Shown here piece after piece: positions 29,400-39,200 of a DNA stretch of 62,441 bases (position 1 is its first letter; the number at the start of each line of letters is the position of its first letter). The notes beneath the pieces were generated by a model. It made no database searches. It saw only the letters and a program-made list of their open reading frames with translations, and was not told the origin of the DNA. Source of the stretch: an uncultured Candidatus Sumerlaeota bacterium (GTDB lineage: Bacteria > Sumerlaeota > Sumerlaeia > Sumerlaeales > Sumerlaeaceae); NCBI GenBank assembly GCA_964444305.1, contig CAYUGQ010000001.1:1-62441 (forward strand). The letters run 5' to 3'. The translations under genes were made by a program, and so were the position numbers.

Positions 29400-31832
29400 A
29401 TGCTGCTCAGTTACCGCTGGCTCACACGTGTCCTGGGGACGGAAATCCCGCTGGACGAACTGCTGTCCATTCTCACCATGGCTGGTCTCGAAGTGGAAAA
29501 TGTCCTGGATCTGGGCATTGGCAGCGGCAAAGTCGTCGTCGGCCGCATTTTGACCAAAGAGCAGCATCCCAACGCCGACAAGCTTTCCCTTTGCGATGTG
29601 CAGGCCGGTGAAGGCGAACCTCTACGCATTGTCTGCGGTGCAAGTAATATGAAGCCCGGCGACCTCGTCCCTCTGGCTCTCGAAGGCGCACAACTTCCCG
29701 GCGGCTTTAACATCAAGAAAAGCAAAATCCGTGGCGAAAGCAGCTATGGCATGATGTGCAGTGGACGCGAATTGGGCTTTGGCGACGACCATGAGGGCCT
29801 TCTCATTCTTCCCCCGGCGGACGACCCCAACAGCATCTATGTAGAAGGTGAGCCCTTCGACGCCATCATTGAAATCAAGGTTACCCCGAATCGGCCCGAC
29901 TGCCTGTCAGTCTATGGAATCGCCCGCGACGTCGCTGCCTTGAAAAATCTCCCCCCCATCATTTTTCCCGTCGATGAAACCATTCCCGCGCCCGGTTCTG
30001 TTCATGACGAACCGGCCCCTGTCAGTCTCCTTGTTCAGGCTCCAGAAGCCTGCCCCCGATATCTGGGCCGGGTGATCCGTGGCGTAAAAATCGCCCCCAG
30101 CCACCTGTGGCTTCGGCGTCAGGTCGAAAGCGCCGGACTGCGCAGCCTCAATAATGTGGTCGACATCACAAACCTCGTGCTTCTTGAACTCGGCCAGCCG
30201 CTCCATGCCTTTGATCTCTCCAAAATTAGCGGCGACTCCATTGTCATCCGTCATGCCTTTGAAAATGAAAGAGCCGCCACCCTGGACGGGCAGGAAGTGG
30301 AATTAAAGCCCACAGACCTTCTAATCGCCGACGCCGAAAAACCGATCGCTCTTGCAGGAATTATGGGTTGCGGCAACTCTGAAATAACCGATGCAACCAC
30401 CGACATTTTTCTCGAATGCGCATACTTTGATCCGGCGGTAATCCGACGCACCAGCAAAAGGATCGGCAAAAGCACTGACTCAAGTTACCGGTTTGAGCGC
30501 GGCATCGATTGGAGTGCCATGGAAATCGCCCTCAGCCGAGCCGTTTCCCTTATCCTCAGCACCGCAGGCGGTACCAGCGATGGTTCGGTCCAGTTTATCC
30601 AAGGTCCTGAGCCTGCCCCGCCTATCCGCATGGCTGTCCAGCGGGTTAATGCCCGTCTGGGTGTAACTCTGCGCCCTGATGAAATTGTCGATGGTCTGCG
30701 TCGTCTCGGCTTTTCTGTTCATCCTCTAAACGAGAATGAGTTTAATGTCCAGCCACCGGCCCACCGTCCTGATGTTTCAGGTGAAGCTGATCTGATCGAA
30801 GAGGTGGCCCGAATCGTAGGCTACGATAAAATTCCCGCCCGCCTCCCTGCCATCACCAGTCGGCCCGCCCTGCGTAATGCAGACGATGAACTGGCTTACC
30901 GTATCAGGCGCATTCTCACCGGTCACGGCTTTCTGGAAGCTTGTAATTATAGCTTTGAAGCAGAAGATGCCAGCCGCCGCGCCGGACTGGCCGATGTGCC
31001 CCAGGTGCGGCTCAGTAATCCTCTGTCCGCAGAATTCGCCGTCATGCGCACCAGTATGCTTCCCTCCATCCTGTCCACCGCCGCCTACAACCATAATCGA
31101 GGCCAGCTAAACCTGCGCATCTTTGAAATCGGTAAAATTTACAGTCCTGCCGCAGACAACGCCGTTCGTGAGGAATGGGCCTTTGCTGCACTCATGAGCG
31201 GAAATATCTTCGCCGACGGCTGGCGAAACGATGAGCGCCAGGCTGATTTTTACGACGCCCGTGCCATCGCTGAATCACTTTTGGCTTCATTGCACATTAA
31301 CAAAATAACTGCGACTGCGGTTCAAGCCGACCCCGATGCATCCATTGGTCACGGAGAAGCCGCCGCACTTCATCCGGGTAAAAGCGCCATCCTTGAGGTG
31401 GAAGGCAAAGGCCTGCTTCTCATCGGAAATCTCCACCCTAAAGTAGCCGCAGAGCTGGACCTGAAGCGTGATGCAGTCATTATTCTTGGTTCATTCCCGG
31501 CCCTCACCTCACTTCTCTCCCGTCGACCCCGGGTTTCAGAAGTGCCCATTTTCCCCGCCCTCACCCGTGATTTGGCTCTCGTGGCGGATAAATCAGTGGC
31601 CGCAGCCGACATCGAGGCCGCTATCGTAAAACGTGCCCAGGATCAGCTCAGCAATATCAGCCTCTTCGACGTTTACGATGGCGAAAAAATGCCTGCCGGC
31701 AAGCGCAGTTTGGCCTACAGCCTCAGCTTCTGCGCCCAAGATCGAACCCTCACAGACGAAGAAGTGAACACTACGATTGAGAAGATTCTTGGCGATCTGA
31801 ATGCCAAGCTGGGCGTAACCATTCGCGCCTGA
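29400..31832 (+). CDS. pheT: Phenylalanine--tRNA ligase beta subunit
   Basis: N-terminus MLLSYRWL...; tRNA-binding domain HPNADKLSLCDV; B3/4, B5 and FDX-ACB domains; 810 aa. Confidence 0.95.
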   Translation: MLLSYRWLTRVLGTEIPLDELLSILTMAGLEVENVLDLGIGSGKVVVGRILTKEQHPNADKLSLCDVQAGEGEPLRIVCGASNMKPGDLVPLALEGAQLPGGFNIKKSKIRGESSYGMMCSGRELGFGDDHEGLLILPPADDPNSIYVEGEPFDAIIEIKVTPNRPDCLSVYGIARDVAALKNLPPIIFPVDETIPAPGSVHDEPAPVSLLVQAPEACPRYLGRVIRGVKIAPSHLWLRRQVESAGLRSLNNVVDITNLVLLELGQPLHAFDLSKISGDSIVIRHAFENERAATLDGQEVELKPTDLLIADAEKPIALAGIMGCGNSEITDATTDIFLECAYFDPAVIRRTSKRIGKSTDSSYRFERGIDWSAMEIALSRAVSLILSTAGGTSDGSVQFIQGPEPAPPIRMAVQRVNARLGVTLRPDEIVDGLRRLGFSVHPLNENEFNVQPPAHRPDVSGEADLIEEVARIVGYDKIPARLPAITSRPALRNADDELAYRIRRILTGHGFLEACNYSFEAEDASRRAGLADVPQVRLSNPLSAEFAVMRTSMLPSILSTAAYNHNRGQLNLRIFEIGKIYSPAADNAVREEWAFAALMSGNIFADGWRNDERQADFYDARAIAESLLASLHINKITATAVQADPDASIGHGEAAALHPGKSAILEVEGKGLLLIGNLHPKVAAELDLKRDAVIILGSFPALTSLLSRRPRVSEVPIFPALTRDLALVADKSVAAADIEAAIVKRAQDQLSNISLFDVYDGEKMPAGKRSLAYSLSFCAQDRTLTDEEVNTTIEKILGDLNAKLGVTIRA

Positions 31833-31913
31833 TATACAAAAAGGCCATGGGCATGAAAAGCGCATGGCGAAAAGTTCAATATTTAGAAAACCTAATTTGC
31901 CAAGGAGCTCTTA

Positions 31914-32483
31914 ATGCCGCGCCCGCCTATTTTGCCTGTACTTGACTGGAAAGAGATTTTTGACAACGGAAAGACTTGGGAAGAGTGGCTCGACAGCGCT
32001 GAAAACCCGGATCAAGCCCGTGACATGCGCGAACGTTATGACCGTTACTCAGTGCCCGACATTTGCAATGCCCAGCTCGGAAAAATTTCTCGTCCCGTCT
32101 ATGTCATCGCCATAGCCGAAGATTGGTGTGGTGATGTCATAAAACACGCTCCCGTTGTTGCAAAGTTAGCTGATGCCTCCCCGCAGGTCCAGCTTCGCTT
32201 TATCTCCCGTGAAGACCGTCCCGACGTCTTTGTCCGCTTCCTCACAAATGGCGGCGAGGCTATTCCGAAGTTTATATTCCTCAGTAACGACTTTGTTGAG
32301 TGCGGGAACTGGGGCCCGATGCCCAGCGAGTGCCGCCGTTATATCGCTCGTGGCAAAGCTATGGGCAATGTGAAAGCCGCCCGCGAAAAAGTTCGTGAGT
32401 TCTATCAAGCGGATGCCAACTGTAATTCGGCCTTTAAAGAACTGGCAGACTTGATCGATCTTGCATCCGCCACGGAAGTTTAA
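31914..32483 (+). CDS. Thioredoxin-fold family protein (single-Cys WCGD motif)
   Basis: VIAIAEDWCGDVIKHAPV sits where the thioredoxin WCxxC motif would be. An AAGGAG Shine-Dalgarno sequence is present. Confidence 0.6.
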   Translation: MPRPPILPVLDWKEIFDNGKTWEEWLDSAENPDQARDMRERYDRYSVPDICNAQLGKISRPVYVIAIAEDWCGDVIKHAPVVAKLADASPQVQLRFISREDRPDVFVRFLTNGGEAIPKFIFLSNDFVECGNWGPMPSECRRYIARGKAMGNVKAAREKVREFYQADANCNSAFKELADLIDLASATEV

Positions 32484-32527
32484 CTCCAACAGCGCATCTT
32501 CGCTCAACCCGTCAGGGGGCTATACCT

Positions 32528-33535
32528 GTGTCTGAACTGGCACCACAAACGCTTCTGACTTTTCCGCGATTAACTGATCCAGACGCCTTTGACGTGATTA
32601 TTATCGGGGGTGGGCCTGCCGGCATGAGCGCTGCCTTGGTGCTCGCTCGTTGCCGCCGAAAGGTTCTTGTGGTAGACTCTGGCAAGCCTCGTAACCGGAG
32701 CGCCAGGAATATGCACGGTTTCCTTACCCGCGATGGACTGCCACCAAACGAGCTGGCACGCCTTTCCCGGGAAGAACTGCTCCGTTATCCCACCGTTGTC
32801 ATCACAAACGGAACCGTCGTCGATGGCATCGCCTTGGCAGATTCCCGCTTCATCATGGTTCTGGAAGACGGGCGCCGCTATCTTTCCCGCAAAGTACTGC
32901 TTGCTACAGGCGTTCAGGATGAACTTCCAGACATTCCAGGCCTTCTGGACCTCTACGGCTCCAGTGTCCATCACTGTCCGATCTGCGACGGCTATGAGTG
33001 GCGCGATAAAGCTATCGCCGTCTATGGGAAAAATTGCCGAGGCTTTGGACTCGTTCAGGAGATGACCGCCTGGTCTCGAGATCTCCTGCTCCTTACCGAT
33101 GGTCCGTGCGATTTCCCGCCCAATGAACTCACTTATCTGCAGAGCATGCGCATCCAGATAAATCACAAACCCGTAAGAGCCCTCGAGGGCTCCGACGGCC
33201 AGCTAAAGGCAGTCTTGTTCGACGACGGCACCCGAGTTGACCGTGATGCACTTTTCTTCACCGGCGATCAAACTTTGCACAGCCACGATCTCCCTACTCG
33301 TCTTGGATGCCGAATCACAGAAAATCATACCGTATGGGTAGGTCAAAACGAAATGACTTGCGTCGAAGGAGTCTACTGCTGTGGAGATGCTTCCCGCAAT
33401 GCTCAGATGGTTATAGTTGCCGCCGCAGAAGGCGCTGTCGCAGCCGTGGCAATCAACAAAGCCTTGACCCTGGAATATAAAGAGGCCAAACGACAACAAC
33501 ACGAGAAACCCTCTGCAGATATCTCCGTTCAGTAA
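32528..33535 (+). CDS. Thioredoxin-reductase-like FAD/NAD(P)-dependent oxidoreductase
   Basis: FAD motif DVIIIGGGPAGMSAAL, redox CxxC HHCPICDGYE, and C-terminal GVYCCGDA. GTG start. Confidence 0.85.
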   Translation: MSELAPQTLLTFPRLTDPDAFDVIIIGGGPAGMSAALVLARCRRKVLVVDSGKPRNRSARNMHGFLTRDGLPPNELARLSREELLRYPTVVITNGTVVDGIALADSRFIMVLEDGRRYLSRKVLLATGVQDELPDIPGLLDLYGSSVHHCPICDGYEWRDKAIAVYGKNCRGFGLVQEMTAWSRDLLLLTDGPCDFPPNELTYLQSMRIQINHKPVRALEGSDGQLKAVLFDDGTRVDRDALFFTGDQTLHSHDLPTRLGCRITENHTVWVGQNEMTCVEGVYCCGDASRNAQMVIVAAAEGAVAAVAINKALTLEYKEAKRQQHEKPSADISVQ

Positions 33536-33549
33536 CCTGCATACATACA

Positions 33550-35124
33550 TTACCGTCGCAAGACTCGCAAACCGTCACGCATCACTTCTGGGGTCAGCCA
33601 CTTAACCACGGCAAGGTACATAATCCCTGGCACCACTGACACGCCGATAATCATCAACGGCTTGATCGTCTCCTGTAGCCAGTCCCACGGCACATCGGCC
33701 TCGACGCGCACATCACCCATCAGCCACCCCATAGCGGCGAGTAGACATCCTAAAAACATCCAGGGAAAAACAAACCGCGCCCACGTTCCATGAAATCGCC
33801 TCTGCCCACAGCCCATCAAACGCCCCAGCATCAATCCCCACACGATCCAAAGCACCGACGAACTCAACGCAAATGCAGCCACTGCCGGCATAACCCCAAA
33901 CTTCAACCCGCCAATCACCGCCACCAGCCGCACAATCGTCGCTACAATGTTCCACCAGAAGCTATAGTCTGGCCGATCAAGTAAAAGATCGATAGACGAG
34001 ATCGGTGAAAACAAGGCTACCCAGATGCAATACACCGCGATCCATCGGACCACCGGTGCCGTAGATTCCACCCATGAGGCTCCCAGCGCAAGCTGAACCA
34101 GCGGCTCCGCCAGCACAGTAACATAAATCAACACCGGCACCACAAACGCGGCTGCAAGCCCCATAATCCGCAATACTGGTACCGTTAGTTCCTCCCGCGA
34201 TCGCCCCGCCAGGGCCGAATAAGCTACTCGGTGCAATGCCCCCACCAGCAGAAAAACCGGCACCGTTACCAAATAATGAGCCATCGAAAACGCCGCAGCC
34301 GCAGCCTTTGAGACCGTACTTCCAAAAATTAGAACAGGTGCATTTCCGCCTACGGCGTTCAGGGCCTGCGTACCGCAGTGATATAAACCAAACCGTCGCC
34401 AGTTCCAGGCATCCTCCAGGAAAGTCGCCAGCGCCACCCTTGCTTTTGGCAGAGCAATCGTCTTGCCCCGACCCAGCCAGATCAGCTCCATCACTTCCGC
34501 CACCACATACGCCACATAAAGGCTCAAAGCCACCGGCCAGACCAGCGCCAACCCGACCCCTACCACCGCAGCTACCACTGCATACAAGGCCTCTCCCAAC
34601 GAAATCCGGCGATAGTCCAGTCGCGCAGCCAGGCCCGTCTTATAAAAAACCTTCCACCCTTGCAGCAAAACCACCCCCGGGGCCAGCCACAGCATACCGT
34701 TCCAATCCCCAAAATCCATTAACCATGAAACTAAATAATGCCCCGCCAGTAACATCCCGGCGATTCCAACAGACATTATTCCTGTCGCCCCCGCCAGCAG
34801 TCGCACAAAATGTTCTCGCTGCTTCACCTCCCTGATGTAGAGCTGATCAAACCCCAGCGGCAATAACACGAATAACACCAGGTGCACGGTCAGTAATTGG
34901 CGATAGGCGCCCAACTCAGTCTCTGTAAGCAATCGGGCCAACACCGCCACAGCGAAAAAAGTAGCCAGCCGCTGAATAGCGCTTCCAAAAACAGTCCATC
35001 GCACCGCAGATACCGCTCGCGGGACAATCTCGGCCGGACGCTGCGCCGCCAAAGACTCCGTGCCTACGCTCCCCGGGGCATGCGTTATAGAATCTGGAGC
35101 ATCCTCGCAGTGATTTTCCGCCAA
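33550..35124 (-). CDS. Polysaccharide/oligosaccharide flippase (Wzx/MOP superfamily-like)
   Basis: 524 aa with about 12-14 TM segments. The N-terminal pattern WTVFGSAIQRLATFFAVAVLARLL is typical of polysaccharide biosynthesis proteins. Confidence 0.7.
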   Translation of the reverse strand: MAENHCEDAPDSITHAPGSVGTESLAAQRPAEIVPRAVSAVRWTVFGSAIQRLATFFAVAVLARLLTETELGAYRQLLTVHLVLFVLLPLGFDQLYIREVKQREHFVRLLAGATGIMSVGIAGMLLAGHYLVSWLMDFGDWNGMLWLAPGVVLLQGWKVFYKTGLAARLDYRRISLGEALYAVVAAVVGVGLALVWPVALSLYVAYVVAEVMELIWLGRGKTIALPKARVALATFLEDAWNWRRFGLYHCGTQALNAVGGNAPVLIFGSTVSKAAAAAFSMAHYLVTVPVFLLVGALHRVAYSALAGRSREELTVPVLRIMGLAAAFVVPVLIYVTVLAEPLVQLALGASWVESTAPVVRWIAVYCIWVALFSPISSIDLLLDRPDYSFWWNIVATIVRLVAVIGGLKFGVMPAVAAFALSSSVLWIVWGLMLGRLMGCGQRRFHGTWARFVFPWMFLGCLLAAMGWLMGDVRVEADVPWDWLQETIKPLMIIGVSVVPGIMYLAVVKWLTPEVMRDGLRVLRR

Positions 35125-35136
35125 CCCCTTACCCCG

Positions 35137-36051
35137 TCAGGATCTGCCATAGGTTCGATGCAGTTGCGAAAAAACGTCCTGCAAATCAGCATCGCCGGAA
35201 ATTTCCTCCAGGTGCCATTCTTCCTTATGGGAAGCCTCTCCACCCGCTGCTTTGATCGTTTGCAACGGACCTAGCGTTTCCAGTTCCAGAAAGTTTGCAT
35301 CCGTAAAAACTTCCCAGTTGCAGCCGAAATCTGGATACACCGCCTCGGGCTCCAGCTCCACAGTCTTTACAAAAGCCAGCCCGTCGAGCACATACGCCCC
35401 CCAGTTAAGCGAATTTCGCACGCCAAACTTAACCGGATCCTCAGTTTCAGCATCCTGTTTCAGTCCTGTAAAATCATCTTCCCACAGAATCCGTGCATCT
35501 TTCATCCGGGTATAACTCCACAGTGTCACAGACCGCGATGGCAAAAGCTGCTCCGGAAAAGGCACAAAAGGCTCGTTTGGAATCATGGCAGTTCCACCCG
35601 GGGCCAGCATTGTTAACGCCCATGGCGATCCCTGCACGTCCGTTTGCCCGCGATTCATCAGTTTGTGAACTAAAGAAACCCGCGGTTCCACCGGATCCAT
35701 CCGTATCTCCAGCATCTTCTGGATGCCGGTCAATTCTTCCATCCGCTGGGTAATGTGCAGAACCGACCCATCCCACTGGTAATCAACCGAATCATTATCT
35801 GGAGCATAGGTCTTAGGCTTCTCCTCCGGAGACAGCCACAGGCGATGGCCGCCGTAAGGGGTCCATTCACTACCGCCGCTGTCTCCCAGCGTCTCCTTGT
35901 CTAACCACATCAGGTTAACATCCTGTTGGGCCGGACCGAAATGGACAACCCGCGGGCCCACAAGAGTCGTAACTATCAGTTGAACCGAACCATTAGACAA
36001 GCGGAGACAATCCGCCCATCCCTCATAAGGTATCTTCTCAAAATTGACCAT
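35137..36051 (-). CDS. Conserved hypothetical protein, possibly with a galactose-mutarotase-like fold (DUF4380-like)
   Basis: Clean 304-aa ORF with soluble, beta-rich composition and GGHRLWLSPEE. The family assignment is from memory only. Confidence 0.45.
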   Translation of the reverse strand: MVNFEKIPYEGWADCLRLSNGSVQLIVTTLVGPRVVHFGPAQQDVNLMWLDKETLGDSGGSEWTPYGGHRLWLSPEEKPKTYAPDNDSVDYQWDGSVLHITQRMEELTGIQKMLEIRMDPVEPRVSLVHKLMNRGQTDVQGSPWALTMLAPGGTAMIPNEPFVPFPEQLLPSRSVTLWSYTRMKDARILWEDDFTGLKQDAETEDPVKFGVRNSLNWGAYVLDGLAFVKTVELEPEAVYPDFGCNWEVFTDANFLELETLGPLQTIKAAGGEASHKEEWHLEEISGDADLQDVFSQLHRTYGRS

Positions 36052-36157
36052 GCTCCCGAATTGCCTGCGCCCTTCACAGAAAGATAGTTTTTTCTTGCCA
36101 GCAGACTAAAAATCCGCTTTTTAGAAAACGTTTCAGTGTAGTTTAGTTGATTTTGCT

Positions 36158-36174
36158 GTCAATTTAAAATTGAC
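36158..36174. promoter_or_regulatory. 7-3-7 inverted repeat GTCAATT-TAA-AATTGAC in the AT-rich leader of the Hsp70-kinase gene (candidate operator)
   Basis: Perfect 7-bp arms, read directly, lying 48-64 nt upstream of the GTG at 36222. Confidence 0.3.
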
Positions 36175-36221
36175 GTGCTAAGAATAGAAAGGGCAGCTTA
36201 TCGCTGCGATGCGGTTTAAGG

Positions 36222-39200
36222 GTGGGCGCACAAGATTTGGTTGCTACTGACTATATAATCGGGATTGACCTCGGCACAACTAACTCTGTTGTGGCCATCC
36301 TCGAAGGGGAATCGCCCAAGGTAATCCCTAACTCCGAAGGCAGCACAAAGACGCCGTCTGTCGTCTCCATACTGGACGGCGATGAAGTTTGCGTCGGAGA
36401 AGTCGCCCGCAGGCAGGGTGCCGTCAACCCCACCCGCACCGTCTTCAGCGCCAAGCGGCTCATGGGCCGCACCCCGGAAGATATTGAAGCCATGGGCATC
36501 TACACGCCCTACGACCTCGAATCCACCGTTGACTCCCAATTAGTCATCAACATCGACGATAAGCTTTACACCCCTGCCCAGATCTCCGCCATGATTCTCC
36601 AAAAGCTGAAACAGGCTGCAGAGGATTATCTCGGCGAAACGGTCAGCAAGGCGATTATCACTGTCCCCGCTTACTTCGATGACCTCCAGCGACAAGCCAC
36701 GCGCGAGGCTGGGGAATTGGCCGGTCTCGAGATCCTTCGTCTCGTAAACGAGCCAACCGCTGCTGCTATGGCATATGGCCTTGGTAAAGAGCGCCAAGAG
36801 CGCGTCGCCGTCTATGATTTCGGCGGCGGCACCTTCGATTTGACTATCCTCGAAATTAATGACGGCACCTTCGAAGTCCTCACAAGTCAGGGCGACACCC
36901 ACCTGGGCGGCGATAACCTCGATTCCATGCTTGTCCAGCATCTTGTAGACGCCTTCCGTGACCAGAGCGGGATTGATTTCGAACCTGACGGGATGGCCAT
37001 GCGCCGCCTCACTGACGCTGCCGAAAAAGCCAAATGTGAGCTCTCTCTTGCCCGACAGGCTGTCATCCATCTCCCCTTCCTCGCCCAGAATGATGGCAAC
37101 CCCGTCCACTTGGATCTAACCATCCATCGCGACGATTTCGAAGACCTCATCGAGCCCGTTCTCCAGCAAAGCCTGGAATGCTGTCGTGCGGCCTTGGAAG
37201 ACTGCGATCTGAAGCCCTCGGATATCGACAAAGTTATCCTAGTCGGCGGCACCACCCGCATACCGCTGCTGCAAGAGATTGTAGAAGACTTCTTCGGTGT
37301 TCAACCCTTTAAAGGGATCAACCCGGACGAAATCGTGGCCCTTGGAGCCGCCACCCAGGCTGGTGTTCTGGCGGGTAAACTTAAAGAAGTCATCCTGCTG
37401 GATGTCACGCCCCACAGTCTTGGAGTGGAAGTAACCGAGAACCGGGTGACCCGCATCATTGAGAAGAACGCCACAATCCCTCTGAACGTTTCCCGCCTCT
37501 TTACTACGACGGAAGATGGGCAGGAAATGGTAACTATCCATGTCCTTCAGGGCGAGTCGGAGAAGGCATCCGAGAACCGTTCCCTTGGAAAGTTTACCCT
37601 CACCCAGATCGCTCCCGGAAAAGCCGGGGCCGCCCGGGTGCAAGTGACCTTCCATGTTAATGCGGACGGTATGGTGGAAGTCACGGCGGAGGATATGGCC
37701 ACTAACCGCCAGGAACGTCTGAAGCTTATCCTGGGCGAGAAAGATACGCTGCAGGCCGCGAGGGAACGTGCCCAGGGGGTAGCTTCATCCCGCCGGCGCA
37801 GACGGCGTAGGCAGCGTGATCGCGACGGCGCAACATCAGAATCCGAAATTCTCACAGGAACCACCCCCCGTCGTGCGGATGAAACCGGGTCCCGCAAGCT
37901 TCGTCCGCGCGAAAGCTCCACCGGCGGCCGTTCCCTGCGTCAGGCTACCATGGCTGAAGTGCCCGTAAACCCGGCCCAGGCTTCCCGTCCCCCTGTTGGC
38001 CCGATGCCGCCTCCGGGGCCATCGGAAACCGCGCCAAGTTTGCCTCCGGTTCAACCTTATCAACATGCCTCGGCTATGGCCGCATCTGCGTCTGCTGCTT
38101 ATTCCGAAGCTGAACCTACGCCAGATCCCACCACCGTCGTGGCCCCGCCGGAGATGTCGGAGCTCGCTGTTCAGGCCCTGACTCTCATTAAAGAAAAGGC
38201 CAACTCCGCCAGCGCCTACGAGACCTATCTCAAGGCTTACTCGGAGGTTAACGATTACGCCCGAAAACACCCTGATGACTTTGAGGTGGCGGAAGGGGCA
38301 GTTTTTATCCTGATGACTCTAGGGGAAAGCGATGGGGCGCGCACCCTTTTGAGCACTCTCACCAATCAGTCCAGCAATCCCACCCGCTATACGCACCTTC
38401 ATGATGAACTGGCGCGACGCTTTCCGGCAGACCCTTCGGTCACCGAGTCTATTTCTTCCACCAGCGGTACAAAGCAAGGTACCGACACGGCCATTCGTGC
38501 TATGGAAGAGATCGTTACGGAAACCAGTGGGACTTCTGAACAGATCAACCAGCTTGTTCAATTGTATCGTCGCAAGCTGGCCCATGGGGACGATCCGCCC
38601 ACTCAGTATAAGCTTGTTAATCTGCTTCTTCGTCTTGAACGTGTAGACGAAGCCATCAATATGCTGCAGAGGCTGGCTCAGCAGGAAACTTATCGGCTGC
38701 CTTCCCTCAAAATCCTTGGGCTCTGTTTCTGGCAGAAAGGTCTCCATTACCTTGCATGGCAGAAGTTCCAGCAGCTTCAGCCTAACGAGGAGATCAAGGA
38801 CATCCTGTACCGGCTCGCGTCGGACATGGAAGACACGGACCAGCTCCTTAACGCCAAGGTTGTTTTCCAGCATATTGTCAACGCGGATCCCGAATTCCGT
38901 GACAGTTCCAGCCGCCTTAAGAAGATCGAACAGATCATCCGTATGGAAGCGGGAAACCGGGAGGCCAGCCTTACTCCCAGCATCTTTCTCACCCTCAAAG
39001 ACTCCCGGTTTGTTATCCTGGAAGAAGTCAACCGGGGCAGTATGGGGATTGTTTACCGCGCCAGGGACAAGGTTTTGGAAGAGATCGTTGCTCTCAAAAT
39101 CCTCAACGATTACATGACGACTGACCCGACTGCCGTGGAGCGTTTTAAGCGTGAAGCCCGGGCCGCAAAGCGTCTTTCTCATCCCAACATCGTTCGGATC

